NCBI GenBank assembly: GCA_036172245.1
Contig: JAYWIR010000019.1
Coordinates: 1,798,001 to 1,862,000, forward strand
Source of the DNA: Raillietiella orientalis
Taxonomy: Eukaryota
Length of the DNA: 64,000 nucleotides
Direction: 5' to 3'
Shown here piece after piece: positions 13,300 through 26,330 of the stretch; position 1 is the first letter of the stretch; every line of letters begins with the position of its first letter. A model generated the notes under the pieces. It was not told where the DNA came from. It searched no databases and saw only the letters and a program-made list of their open reading frames with translations. Made by a program: the position numbers and the translations under genes.

Positions 13300-13600
13300 A
13301 CTGTTGCTCTGCTGCTGCTCATGAAGAGGGTGGCGAGAAAGTCTCAACAAAAGCTACCAAACTACCCACGAATAAAATTGAAAAATATAGTAAAAATGGA
13401 TCGTGAAACCTCTAATATCAATGGAGATGCCGTTTTTTCGATCATAAAAGCCACGGAACTTTTTATTCGACTTCTCAGGCATCTTCCCGTACTCATGCAA
13501 GCAGAAGAAAAAAAAACAGAAAGTGCTACAAAAAGATTGTGCGTTATCTGTAATCAAGGAATCGGAAGAATTTGAATTCCCTGATGGGATTTTAACAAGC
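13300..13600 (+). pseudogene. Intronless frameshifted pseudogene of a POLE4/Dpb3 (Mes4)-like, or CHRAC1-like, histone-fold protein
   Basis: Joining three frames gives KLPTNKI/KNIVKMDRETSNINGDAVFSIIKATELFIRL/SGIFPYSCKQKKKKQKVLQKDCALSVIKESEEFEFPDGIL, the H2A-like NF-YC/POLE4 fold. At least two frameshifts and no introns. Confidence 0.8.
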
Positions 13601-14402
13601 CAGTTAGTTTGCCCAGTTTTTGTATTTGACAGTACACTTAGGTAACCGATGCAGAAAGATCAGGCGGTGTTTTTCCGGTCTACTTTCAACGGGCTAACAG
13701 AAAGGAAATGTTTCGATCACAGTGTGTTGCTGCTTATCGGATGTTCCCTTCTTCCAGTGAGGAGCAAATGCCTTTTTTTTTTTCTTTCTTTCTTTCCCCC
13801 TCCCCCCTTTTCTTTGCTTTTTTCCCTTCGTTTTCCTTCCTCCTTCCCTCCCTGATTTTTTTTTTCATGAAATGTACAGTAAGCCTTTTGCACAGAAATC
13901 CTGCTGACGACCGTAATGGAGGGAATTCTTCAGAATGTCGAGAGAAAAATAATCATAATGACAATGACGAGAGAAAGGAGAAGGCGAAGGAGAAAAGGGA
14001 AGCGTCGCGGGGGAGGATTTTCCGGAAGGGACGATGGTCCGGGGCGGGTTGCATTTTCCTCTCAAACACCACCAGAAGCTTGCGTAAGCCCTGCTTGGAG
14101 GAACGGACCCATGTTGTTGTCGCCCGCTGCGTGCGAGTCATCTCCCAGCGATGGATTGGTAGCAACACTATTACCACGGTGCCCAGTGTACGACTGTGTA
14201 CTCCATCAAAACAAGTTGGTGCACGCGCATGACTCGTTGCACGGGCGAGAAGCATATGCTCAGTTTCAAAAACTAAACAGTGTAAACAATGGTGCCAGCT
14301 CTGCCGAGGTTCAGAAGAATTGCCTGCGACATTGGGTTGTGACCACTAGCATTCACGGTGGCTCAACTGGAATACTACGAGGTCGCTGGTGTTTTCAAGA
14401 AC

Positions 14403-17400
14403 ATGAAGAGAAGGAATGTAGAACCTGGGAAATTACGTCGAACGCCGATCAAAAGGAACAGGATATCGGACAATTTTCACGGGAGGTGATTGAAAACGAT
14501 GCGATTTTGGCTTCCGTTCCCGAACCGTGCATGTGTGCTGCTCTGTGAAAGCTCTTTGTGACGGTCCTCTTCTGTGCTCTGAATTACACTCTAGTGGGAA
14601 CTGTTTTTCCATCGAGCCACCTTCCAAGCAGTATTTCAGTTGACAGGCATTAACGTAATAATCCTCGTGTTAAGCACTGCAGTTAAAGTCCACCCACTCT
14701 TCACTCCCATCTTTCAACCAATTGCTCATGGGATGTTCGATTTGCACAGAGGTTTTTTCTTCTTGCATGTGATTCCAGATATGATGATGCATGGATTCTT
14801 TTATGTGTTAATCATGATAGCTGCGATACTTATTTATAGAATTTGTACATACCCTGATGTAATTCCTAAATGCTGTGTTTATTTCCAGCTTGTTCACATA
14901 TATGAAGTTTTTGTCACTTTGGGCTATAGTTTGGCTAGCAGATTTCATGTTAGAATTTCGTTTTGAATATATGTGGCCATTTTGGTTACTTTTAAGAACT
15001 GTTTATGATTCCTATAAGTATCAAGGAATGGTAAGGTACTGTTTCTGGATTAAATCTTAGAAGAATTTGAATTTTCGTTTGCTAATATTCTTTTTTACAT
15101 AGGCGTTTTCAGTATTTTTTATTTGTGTAGCTGTTACGTCGGATATGGTCTGCTTTCTATTTATCCCAATTTATTGGCTGTTCTTATTTTCTAGTGCATA
15201 TGTATGGTTGCAGTTTGTCTCACATAAAGGTAAGATGTTCTGATGTATCTGAAAATCACAGTGTATTGTGTAAAATTAAAATTGGGTATGTTCTTTCATT
15301 GGTGCTACAAACAACTGATTTTTCATTTGCTTGCAATGCAATGTAAAACACATTTTTATGTTTTTTTATTATTTATGATGTTGTGTATGAGTTATAGTGG
15401 TGTTATATCCCACATAGTTTGTTTTTTGTTCAACATGAACAGAATTTCGTTTTCCATTCTAAAGAGCAAATACTGGATTTAACCTGTGTACCATTTTGAA
15501 AACCAGAGCATGAGGAATAGTGCGATTATATTACTTTGAATGTAAAATTGTATATCATATTGCATGAATAATGCAAATTTTAAATAATTTGTAAAATGTG
15601 GTTACACACTTGTACACACAAATAGAATCCAAAGAGTGGAATTTACTAGAAACCCGACTTGATTGATTGATTAATCTATGCTGTCAAAATAATAAGAGTT
15701 TTAGTGGAAAAAAAAAAAAAATGCAGTTGAAAAATGGATGGTTATACAAAGTGAGCATTATGCTAAGCTTTTGTTCATATCCAAATAATCTTTGACCCTA
15801 TGAATAAACATTAACGATAAATAATATTTGAAACCACATGCAAATAGTCAGAATGCTTCTACACAGAGCTCTTCAAAGACCATTTTGAGCAGTTGTTAAG
15901 CTAAACGTACTTCATCTCCATAAATGTCCATCTTCAGCTGTTGCATGCATAAGGATTAAGTTCCAATTATCCATAAGATGTGCTTGACCGAGTGATTGAA
16001 TTAACAAAATTCCACTGATTCTTTACAATGAGATCATGAAAGCGTTTCTAACTACAAAAAGTATTTATGCCATTTTTATGCTGAAATGCTGAAATTCTTG
16101 CATTTTCTGTGTTCATTGTAACTAAAGCTACTGTACAGCAATTTCTGGACAGACATCTTTGTGCAATTCTCGTGAGATTGTTTTGGCTAATTATGGTCAT
16201 ACACATGTAAAGTGCTTAGTTTGCCATTCTCCTTTGTATAACCCAGTATTCTGAAAGCACCATCTCTCAGAACAAATAATTTTGTTTTGTAATTTGATCT
16301 TGATTTCATGTTATGCAAAATTATGTTAAAAAAAATTGATTTTTGTATAGACTATTTGGAAAAAGAGCATTTTACTTAGCTGCCGAAAAAAGGATTTGCA
16401 AACTGTTGCCACAAAAACAAGTTCAATATTCTGGCAGTTATGTTTTTGTTTTTGATAATTGTTGAATGTAAGAAGTATAAGTTGGTGATAGTTGTCCCAT
16501 TTTTTTTTCCTTTTAAGATGTCAAAACATTTAATTTTAAATCTGGAATTAAATGTTTTCATCAATTGGTGTGATTAGATTTTTCAAATAAAATAGGGATC
16601 TTACTTTACATTTAATAAGTAATTTTTATACAATTATTGAGAGTAAAAATTGCTTTGTTTCATATAATTTGTATATCAGTTATACTGGAGAAATCTTTTA
16701 ATTTGTGTAATACATGTAATACCTAAAATGGCATAATTCTATAGTTTTAATGTTATTTGAATATTATTGATTTGATGTCTCAATCAATAATACATGAATA
16801 GCAGAATTTTTACTATAGTATATGCTAATTTTATTAATGATTATGACCATTTAAAGTGCTATCGCAATTTTTGGTTCATAGTGTGGTATTAATCCTCTGG
16901 TGGTAATTTCTTTATTAAAAGAAACAGATCTGTTTTTTCTCTGATGATAAATTATTGAAGGTCCAAATTAATTGGAGAGAGTATTCTTCCTAAATGGAAT
17001 ATTGTGTTCTTGTACTTCAACTTGGGTGATCAGATTATTTAAAGGCTTATCGGGTTCTGTTATTCATGTGTTCTGACTAGTTGCTCCTTCGTGTTCAGTA
17101 TTTTTGTGTTAATGTCTATTTGTTGATACTATTTAATTAGCATTAACTATCATCTAGATCAAATTTTGTGATTTTATTCTGATCAGTGCAGTTAGCATCT
17201 TTACCATTTTGGATGAAAGTCTTCAAGACTGCTAGAATAAATATTAGATATTATATATATTTGAGTAATGTCAGGTCATAATTCATTAGTAGTTACTAGT
17301 TATCCATATGCTATTTTTCAAATACTACCTTATACTCTTGAAATATACCCATAAATTAGAATGGTTTGCAACAGTAAGCTTATTTTATGTTTTTATTCAC

Positions 17401-20400
17401 ACATGTATGGGTATTCATTTGTAAGTTTCACCATTGGTGCACATCTGATCCAAATTTTAGAGTAACTTTTAGAGTAACCATAAAATTTTGTATTGGAAAG
17501 TTAATTCACTAACCAGGGTAAGGATTTCAACCATATTATCCCCACTTTTAGATTCATATAGTAATTAATGATGAAATCACTATTTGAATTACGTGAAAGT
17601 AAAAGTAATAAAGAAACCCTTTAATATCTTAAGAGATTTAAAATTATTTGTGAAACAAACTTCGATTTCACTTGGTTTGAGGGAGGTGAGGTTTTTAGGA
17701 ATCTGCTACTTGTGAAAACAAAATGAATTTTTCAATGTAGATGGCCAAATGGAAGCACACTTGATAATACTGCTGTTCAAGCTACCATGGAGTTTATTTT
17801 TTAGAGAATTTATTCTTTGATTATTCGTTGATCTTTTTTTAACATTTATTTTGAACACCCCAATTGCATATGTGTTAGGTTTAAATTCAATTTTTTGTAC
17901 CCATTCATTCTAATTCCTTGGTTCATTTCAGATAAAGGGATTTGCCTACCCAAAGTCTTTGTTTGGCTTGTTTTTATATACACAGAAGTTTCAGTTAGAT
18001 TGAAAGAATTGAAAAATCCATCATTTCATTTGGATTTGTGCCGTCCATTTGCAGCACATTGGTAATATGCTTTTTGTATGTGTAATTTGACTGGAATCTT
18101 TATCAATAGCATTGGTTATCCCATTGTTACATCTGGTTTTGGCATTAAAAGTTACGTTAGTTTCAAAATTAGGCAGGTAAGTAGATTGAAGCAATTCATT
18201 ATTTTAGAGAAACTTGTTTTACAAGAAAAAACAAAAATATGTGCAGAAAGAAAACAAAGCTTATATGCAACTTCTACAGCAGGCATTACCTGCAGAGTTG
18301 CAGCTCCAAGAACAACATTCTGTTGTTGCTTGTATTGAAAAAAGTAAGATATTCCTATGATTTTATTTACTTTTTTAAAAATTCCACTATTAATGAAATG
18401 TTCATTTTGTTCAAAATTTTTGCATCTGATGATTAAGTTTATGAACAAATCTGGGTCATGTGTGTATCATATTTTTTGTGCAATGATATGAATAGGTCTA
18501 AACTTCGCTCACTAAAGTGTGAATGGATTGATTGGAAATTTTTAAACCATATACCTAGGTTGTTGAAAACTACCTTTTGACAGTAATTACCATATCATTG
18601 CAATTTGAATTATAAAAAGATTTGCTTCGTAAGTTACTTCCATGAAATCTAACTGTTACAAATAATGCATAAGTCTGTATTTGCGTAATAATTATGCAAG
18701 ATTTTTGAAAATGTGAGCCTCTCGAGCATTTTGTTATAATATCCATTCATTGTAATGTTGTTTTTGATTTTCTATTTAAAGCAATCCTGTATAATTGCAA
18801 TTTCAAAGGATCTGAATGTTAGGTATAAAAGTATAAGATAACAATTAGATTCCATAAAGGAATATTTGTGTATTTATTTTTTTGTGAACACAGAAATCTT
18901 GTGACATTACATTATTGACAATCTTATTTTAAAGTTCATGTTCAGCTATAAATACCACTCTTTTATTGTTATAAAATTAAGACAGGATTTTGGATTGCAA
19001 TGTAATCACGTGAAATAAAAAAAATTATTTAAAAAAATGCATTCTGTATTTTGGAATAAGTTTATAGCCATCAGTGATTTCTTTTTTATGAATGTAGTCC
19101 GCAAGCATATTTATATTCTTTACGCAGTCTGGGCATGAGTCCATTCATATCTTCCAATGAACATGGAGAGAGATGAAATCTTGAGTTTTCTTAACAACTT
19201 TTGTTCTAGACGGAAATTCATTAGCAAGTACCGCTGAGAAAAATGTGTTGTTGCAATAAGAAGGATTTATAAATAATAATTAAGCCAGAAAATATACACA
19301 AGAAACGAGCACGCTAGTTGAAATTGATAAGAATAAGCATAAGATTAGAATCACAAAACAAGTATAAGTGTATGCATTCCCATGAATTCAATTGGTAGAC
19401 AAATCATAAGAGAAGGCAAAAAACTTTCATCATACTCCTTAACTTCATGATGTTTTGTTTTTCTTTAAATGTAACTTCTCCAAATTTTTGCATGAAAATG
19501 AAGTTGATTTTTTCAGTGGCAACTGTAGACAGAAAGAAATAGATCAGTTTGTGTGCCATTTGTTAGCCTTTGTGTGCAAATAATATTAGTATCAAATTGT
19601 GGAAATGGTATATATTTGTTTTTTTGAGTTAATTGCATAAAAAGTATTTTTTTGATGTAATTTGAAAGTTGAGTGTATCGATGAATGATTCAAAAATTAT
19701 TAGGATTGTTTAGTTGGATAATCTCGTTTTCCAAGCAAAATAGACAAAAATGAGTGCAACATGAATCAGTGAAGTCTAGGGACAGAAAAATGGAAAAATA
19801 CTATTTTCAATATATTACAGTATCCAGGAATAGAGGGTGTATTTTATGTAAGCAGTTATGTAATTTACAAAACATGGACGGAAAAAATAGGCAATATAAG
19901 CTTTAAGTAATTGTGTGGAATATGCTTAAGAATAAGAATATTTTGATTGCAGCCAAAAATGCATAATATTGTTAGAAGAAGAGGAAACTGTGAATCAGGT
20001 ATGGAATGAATGGAAATGCAAGGCAGGATGAGGTCTTGAGATTCTTAATGAAAAAAATGAAGTCATTTTTAATTGTCAAAAACTCCGCATTTTATGGTAG
20101 TTTGGTATGCCTGGTGTGGTATTCCGGATTTTCATCTTTCATCAACATCTGAAATGCATAATTCGATTGCTGATTTTTTTGTCAAAGGAAATTGATTTTT
20201 TGAGTTAGTTAATAAGGAAAGAATGGGATTCATAATTTACAGGAAAAATTCAATTTCTTAAGCTTCTGATATCACAAAACTGTTGAGCATTCGCTCTTTA
20301 GAACAGATTAAGACCACCTCCAAGCAAGCAAGAGTACTGCAAAATTTTGAATAACGAACAGAAACAAAGATATGCGCATCATGCATATGAATATTGAAAT

Positions 20401-22784
20401 TTGAATTTGTAAGCTCTCTTTCTGGAGCAAACTATATATAGAAGAACGAAACGAAGAAGTGTCTTTTGCAAAACGTGCAAATTGTATTTAAACAGACAAG
20501 AGTGTTGAGGAATAGACTCGATCCAGGAGGCAACTATGAAGTGTGTGATGTTTGCACACATAGTATGTGAAACTGAGTAACCTTAGATATGAAAGAATAT
20601 TTAAAACAAAAAGCAGAAAAATAATGTGCTACCTTTGGTCAAATGTATATGAGTAACGTTCATCTTTTCATTCATTTTAAGGGAAATCATTATTTGATGA
20701 GGAGCAGAAATAAGAATGTTATGTAATTAATCTAGGTATGAAATAATTTTGCATTGGTAGAGTCCAAGGGAAAACAAATTAAGTACTAGAAAGCTTTTTA
20801 ATTTTTGTGCTTCCAAATTCGTTTTTTAAGAAAGCTTCGACAAAGATCAGGTGTTTCAGTGTAAACAAAATACTGCATTGTATTTGAATGAAGTAATGTA
20901 TCTTACTGTACGTTCCCGTAAAGTAATGAAGCTCACATTTTTTCACAGTTAATAGATATCTGTTGATCAGGTAATGTATAACTGTTGTTTCTAATGGTCA
21001 ATTCAGAGTGACAAGGGCAAAAAGATACTCAAAAAAGAGAATAAATTTGGTGTTTTTTATTCACTGAATCTGAGACAGTTCAAAAATTAATGCAAAGTTA
21101 TTAATTACAGTCTAATCCCAATCGCCAATAAGAATTTTTGTAGAACTTGTTTTATACAAGGTAGTTAATGAAACTAAAGAATTAAATAGAATGAAATTAT
21201 TTTTCTGTGCGTGTTTCGGAAGTTTACTTTAGAAACTGTTTAATGGGTATATTGATGTAAAATTGGTGAATTCAGTGATTTCGTGTATGCCTAACTTTAT
21301 CCAAGTTCATTTTATCCTAATAGCTGAAAAGGTATGCAATGGAACTGTACCAAATGGACTGATTAGTTCAACAGTGCAAAACAAATCCCATTGTTACAAT
21401 AATAGTATTAATACAAAAAAAACTCTTGAAAGAGAATCTGATGCAAAAGTCACTGACAAGTCAGGCCGAGTGCAAAATCTGCCAAATGGCATAATTCCCT
21501 CAGAAATGGAATACACAGAAAGGAGAAATTGGTTAGTCTCTTGGCAGCCTTTAAAAAGCAATTAATTGGCATTTGTTTAGTGAAGTGGATGATTCTGAGG
21601 TGGAGAAAAAGCCTTCTTGTAACTCAATGAGCCCTCCACGTTCTTCTCGTTTGAATAATACAGTGCTGCCAGTAAAAGAAAGTCAGCCTACTTCTTGTGT
21701 ACAAAAGGAGAGGCGTACTAAGAACTCTAAAGATGTGATAATTATTTCCACCAAAGATGAATTGGTGATCAGGTAGATAACTCTTTGGGTAAACATCCAA
21801 TGCGGTGAGGTAGGCAGGAGACTGAACTGCGGCGCCTACGATCTGAACTGCAAGCTAGTAGGCAAATTGAAAACGAACTCCGAAGTCAGATTAACTCCTT
21901 ACAGATTAGTGAAAGAACAGTTCGAAGCGAGCTGGCCCAAATGCAGCTAGACAGGGATGCTCTACAAGCCAAGTGAGGGGAGTTAGTTTGCTGTCCAAAC
22001 AGTGATGAATGCATTTTTAGAATCCAGAGCCTAACTTCGGCTAGGCAGCAAGATAAGCAAAGCATCGGCAATCTGGAGAAAAAGCTTCAGGAAGAGCGCA
22101 AGGGCAAGACAGTTGCTGAAGCTCAGGTGGCAGCAGAGCGCAAGGCACGTCATGCTGAAGAAATACGCTCAGCCGCAGCTGCACGAGCAGATTGCGGGGA
22201 AGGGTGTCGAGCACGGAGGCGTGAAATGGATGCTGAACTTAAGCAGGCACGAAAAGAATCGCGTCTTGCTGAAGATCGTGTCCATCAACTGGAACGGGAA
22301 GTGCAGTCCTTGCTACCATATAAAGACAGTCATAATCAGTCCAGTATGCTCCTGACAGCCCTATCCGCAATGGAAGATAAAGCTACTTACCTTGAAAACA
22401 GTCTCAGTGCTGAAACGAGAGTGAAATTAGATTTGTTTTCTGCTTTAGGAGAGGCGAAGAGGGAGCTGGAGATCTACCAAAGTAAGTTTTATGATGCTTT
22501 GTGAACTCAGCAGCCACACTTGCCTTTCAGATCTTCTGCAGAATAAAGATAAGGATATTGATGGATTGAAAACCAAATTAGCAGAAGTTCTAGCAGTGAT
22601 GCCAGCTCCTCCCACTCATTCTCCCAATATAAGTGTACCATTATCTCCTGTTAGCCTCATATATACTTCTAAGTTACTCAGCATGAGTACAAACTCTAAA
22701 CCAACCATTGCAATCAGTGGTTCCACCTTAGATCCCAATGCCAGTGTTTATACGCCCAAAAATCTACTCTCTTCTGATAATTGA
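14403..22784 (+). CDS. MACO1: Macoilin (TMEM57), 646 aa, 11 exons: 14403-14485, 14889-15030, 15103-15229, 17932-18061, 18110-18176, 18226-18343, 21324-21531, 21581-21772, 21814-21972, 22021-22481, 22531-22784
   Basis: MKRRNVEPGKLRRTPIKRNRI, LADFMLEFRFEYMWPFWL, LDLCRPFAAHCIGYP, KQKYVQKENKAYMQLLQQALP, LENSLSAETRVKLDLFSALGEAKRELEI and LDPNASVYTP are all macoilin hallmarks. All junctions are GT-AG and phase-consistent (1941 nt). Confidence 0.96.
15480..16055. repeat. Right arm of the inverted duplication, inside MACO1 intron 3
   Basis: Reverse complement of 11768-12281, with an extra ~55 nt segment near 15957-16009. Confidence 0.95.
16900..17450 (+). mobile_element. Very AT-drifted BEL/Pao RT remnant in MACO1 intron 3
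   Basis: IEGPN*LERVFFL (~L..GPNL...I..LL), SDYLKAYR (~ADIEKAY) and KFHHWCTS (~F.LRKW.T) in the expected order. Confidence 0.3.
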
Positions 22785-23349
22785 TGCTTTAATTGGAACA
22801 TGCCTTGCTCTTTTGCTTTTGTTTTTGAATCCCCAGATCTGGTAGCCGATGAGCTTTCATGGCTTGGGGATGTTCCGACGAGTCATTTTTTTCCATTATT
22901 TGAGATCATCTCGTTTGGTTCTCAGTATTAAAATGTGATAAGATCGGCTGCATCAGGATTGACTCTGTGTGTCAGTCTGCAACCAAGTACAAAATCTATT
23001 TCTTTATGTGACCTGTAAATATCTAATTTATTAAAACGTTTCTTGATCCATCGCGTTCGTTTCTCTAATTTGAGTTTCCATCTTCAAGTTTTAATGACGG
23101 GAAGATTCACTTTACGAATCTTCAAGCTGGTGGGCTAATCGAAATAAGGAATGTATGAATTACATCCAAATTCTCGACTTGGAGCTGAGCTTCGTGTTTG
23201 TTATTGTGATACTCAACTCATGAACGAAGGTGAGAAAATAAAAACGTATATCAAAGTTCAATTTGTTGCCCTGTTTGTTCTTTATGATTTGCGGAAAGCA
23301 CGACCGTGTATCTGTTTGTTTATTTTTCGCAAACGGAAGGGCGGAATTT

Positions 23350-25680
23350 TGCAGTAGACGTTCCTGAGCGTTGGAACGGCGGGATTTCGTGGATGGAGGT
23401 CGCTTGCAGATTAGACAGTGCAACCCGAACGGGCAGGTCTGGAGGTATAACACCCGCAGGGAGAGTTGGCTGCGGTGCTCCTGAAACGTTGTTGGTGCCC
23501 ATCCGTTTGTAAGAAACTCAATTTTAAGGAGGGACCGTGAAGAAGGGAGATTTCAGTTCACAGTCGCGCTGTCAGACAGCAGGTGAATTTAACCACGCAA
23601 GGCCAGGCTCCTCAATTACGAGGGATGCTCGGCGGTCCGAGCACTGTGATCTGTTCGTTATCGCTTTATTTGGTCGTCCCCCCTGCCTGCGTCGGAAAAC
23701 GTCGGTTCGTGGGCGCGTCTGCTTTCCGTCCGACGTCCCATTCGGTTGCTAAACGTCATCTGGAATTCCATTTGGTGCTTTGAAGTGCCACTGTCGTCGC
23801 GGCGTGGAGCTCTGCATCTGAAGGCAAGTAGCTACTCTGCAGCCCCGTATGGAGACTGCATGGTGCCAGATTAAAAAGTCACACTTCGGGGCATCGATTT
23901 CCTCTACAGCATGCAGCGCCACTCAAGTACACGAGCTGGTGTCTTCGTGATGGACGTGTCACGTTACGCAATGCAAGCTTTCATTTTCTTTCTTTCCTTT
24001 TTTTTTTCCCCCTTAATGCAGACAGCACAGCTAAGTTTAGAATGCAAGACTTCGTCGTGAACTTCTCTGCTGATCGTGATCTTTTCGCGCAGCGTGCTTC
24101 ACAGGGCGAGCAGCTTCCTAATCAAAAGAAACAGGGGATATCTATCTGTTTCGTGCGGAACCCTGCTGAATGGAAGCTTTTCAGCCGCGGTAAATCGGAT
24201 CGCCTCCTCAGAGAGAGCTTTTAGTGTGACGGCGTCACGACGTTTCGTCAGCAATGGCAGCTTCTCTCAAAGGCTACCACCGCACTTAAAGCATTTCCGC
24301 ACGTCTTCGCGCACTGCGTCTCTTCCTTTCCCAGGTAGCGTTTCGTCTAGCTGCATCAGGCATATTTCCGCCTGGAGGGCGATTCCCGTAGGTCATGCTT
24401 CCGGGTTGCGTGGGCGGCTACCCATGGAGGTGCTCAGCAGATGGCTGCCCAGAGTGGTAATATTCGCGCGCACGAGCTTTGGGAGCGGTTGGACTCTTCG
24501 GCCGTCCCATCATGGAACTGCCTCCCATTGCCCATTTCACCTTATTTGACGGTCCCTCTCTCTCGCCGTTTGGGCATCCCCCGTCCTCCCTTCCTCTCCC
24601 CTGAAAGCTCCCTTCTTTGTTAGCTTCGTTTTCTTGAAAATGGCAGCAGCATTTGGACTTGTCCCACAGCAGCGAGGACACACAGTAGGTAATCGCGTCT
24701 TCTCGGACACCGTGATTACTCCACGTGTTCACGGGGCAAGGGTGGAAAGAAACGCAGCGAAGGTGCGGGAGGTCACCCAAGGCTCGTGTCTGCTGCTTCC
24801 GAGTGGGGTGTCGATCGCGGCTCCCGCTGCTTCGGGACCGGGCGCGACGGTCGGTTCGGGAAGCCTTGTCGGGGGTGCACATGCGCCGTTCGTCGGTCCC
24901 GAGTCCTCAGCGTCGTCCGTCATAGCTCTTCAGCGTGTGAGACGCGGCTGGCTCCCTCCCCCTCCTCGTCCTAGCGTCCCAAAGCGGGGCCGTTTCGCCG
25001 AACGATCGAAAAATTAGTTCCGGCCAAACCCTGTCCCTTTTACTGTCCCGAACGTCTGATGGGGGAGGAGATAGATCCTTCCGCAAGGACACGCGCCGCC
25101 TCGTTCGGATTCCAGGTTTGGCTTCCAAGCTGAAGCCTCTTCTGGAAGAGGCTGCTCGTTACTCGCCTTTAAGGGGAAAATTTTTTTTTTTTTTCTAGTT
25201 GCTTTACAAAGTGCGTCGCCGTCCTCCCCCTCTTTTTTTTTTTTAAGAAAAATGGATCAAGAGGAATCGCATTGAGAAAGTGCGGCACGGTTTTTCTTGG
25301 AGGCCAGAAAACTCTACCTCCAGTGGCGGGCGGTCAAGCGGAAGAAAGAGAAATGCCGGAAGACCTCGGCTTCGAGCACCTCGAGCCTGCCTCCCCGACT
25401 AAGAAATGCTGTGCTGCTCCGTGCCGCCCAGCAGTGTTGCCACGATCTGTGTGCTTGCGCGATCCTATCCGGGGGAACGACGGGCCGGTCGATGTGCAGC
25501 CCTGCGGCAACACAGCCTGGCTCTTTTGCACCCGGAGTTGCTGGCTGATGCCGGTTCGCGGCCCTCAGCTTCGTGCTAGGGAGAAGACCGCGTGGGGCGA
25601 GGCCTAGGACGCCACCGAGACGGGATGGTGAAATGTTGTTGGTAATAATAACCACGTGGCAGAAAGGACGATCCTTGCCT
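23350..25680 (+). mobile_element. BEL/Pao pol relic A (RT core, RNase H, integrase)
   Basis: In order: GRVGCGAPETLL, KTSVRGRVCFPSD, SGIPFGAL, VFVMDVSRYA (~VF.DAS..AY), RRFVSNG...LKHFRTSSRTASL...SAWRAIP (~FVANR...WRHV.T..NPADL...WW.GP), GSLVGG, QTLSLLLSR...GGDRSFRKDTRRLVR (~QTLS.LRQ.YWI.GGR..VRK..R.C). Confidence 0.6.
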
Positions 25681-25715
25681 CATCTTTCCGTGTTCTCCCC
25701 AAATCCCTCCACCTG

Positions 25716-26330
25716 GCCTGCGTCGGCGGCCACGCGGCACCTGGCGTCGCGGGTTCGAATTCGCACGTGGAGGATCGACGCCGAGAAATGGGGTGCATGT
25801 CGTGGGTTCCGAGTTCTCCTCAAAAGATGATGCTGGTTGGCCTAGAGCTTCGAAGCCGTCACCCCCTTCCTCTCCCGCCTCGTAGGGACCTCCATCGCAC
25901 TCCACGGAGCAGGTTGATACTCCTCGGGCGGTTGGTCTCCTCTCCAGTGTGCCAAGAAATGCGCTGCTCCCTTCGGGTATTGTCCTTCAAACGAAATCGG
26001 GAAGCGTCCCTTCGGGGTTCTTTTCAAGGGAGGAAGCCGGGAGCGATTTCCTTGCTGAGGTGCCCTCAGGACAAGAAATTCCAACTTGCGGATCCTTTCC
26101 GGGTTCCCTTCGGAGAAGAAAAATGGAGCAGTCTTCGTCGGGGGTCCCTCTGGAGAGAATAAGGAAGAAGAGGGTTCCCCTATGAAGCGTGAGAGGAACC
26201 GAATCCTTCCTCCGGAGCGCTTCCTGTGTTTATGGGGTGGCCCCTTTCGGGGCATCCCTTGACTTGAAGAGTTACTACGCGCACCCTCTGGCGGCGTGGA
26301 CAGTTTCAGAGTTTTATGAGTCTCCGCTAA
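25716..26330 (+). mobile_element. BEL/Pao integrase fragment B; DNA-level inverted homolog of 27155-27862
   Basis: Alignable by eye to the reverse complement of 27155-27862 (e.g. gcgtcgcgggttcgaat; gcgtgagaggaac.ga.tccttcctccggag). Translates RGTESFLRS (~LSTDSF.RA). Confidence 0.6.
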
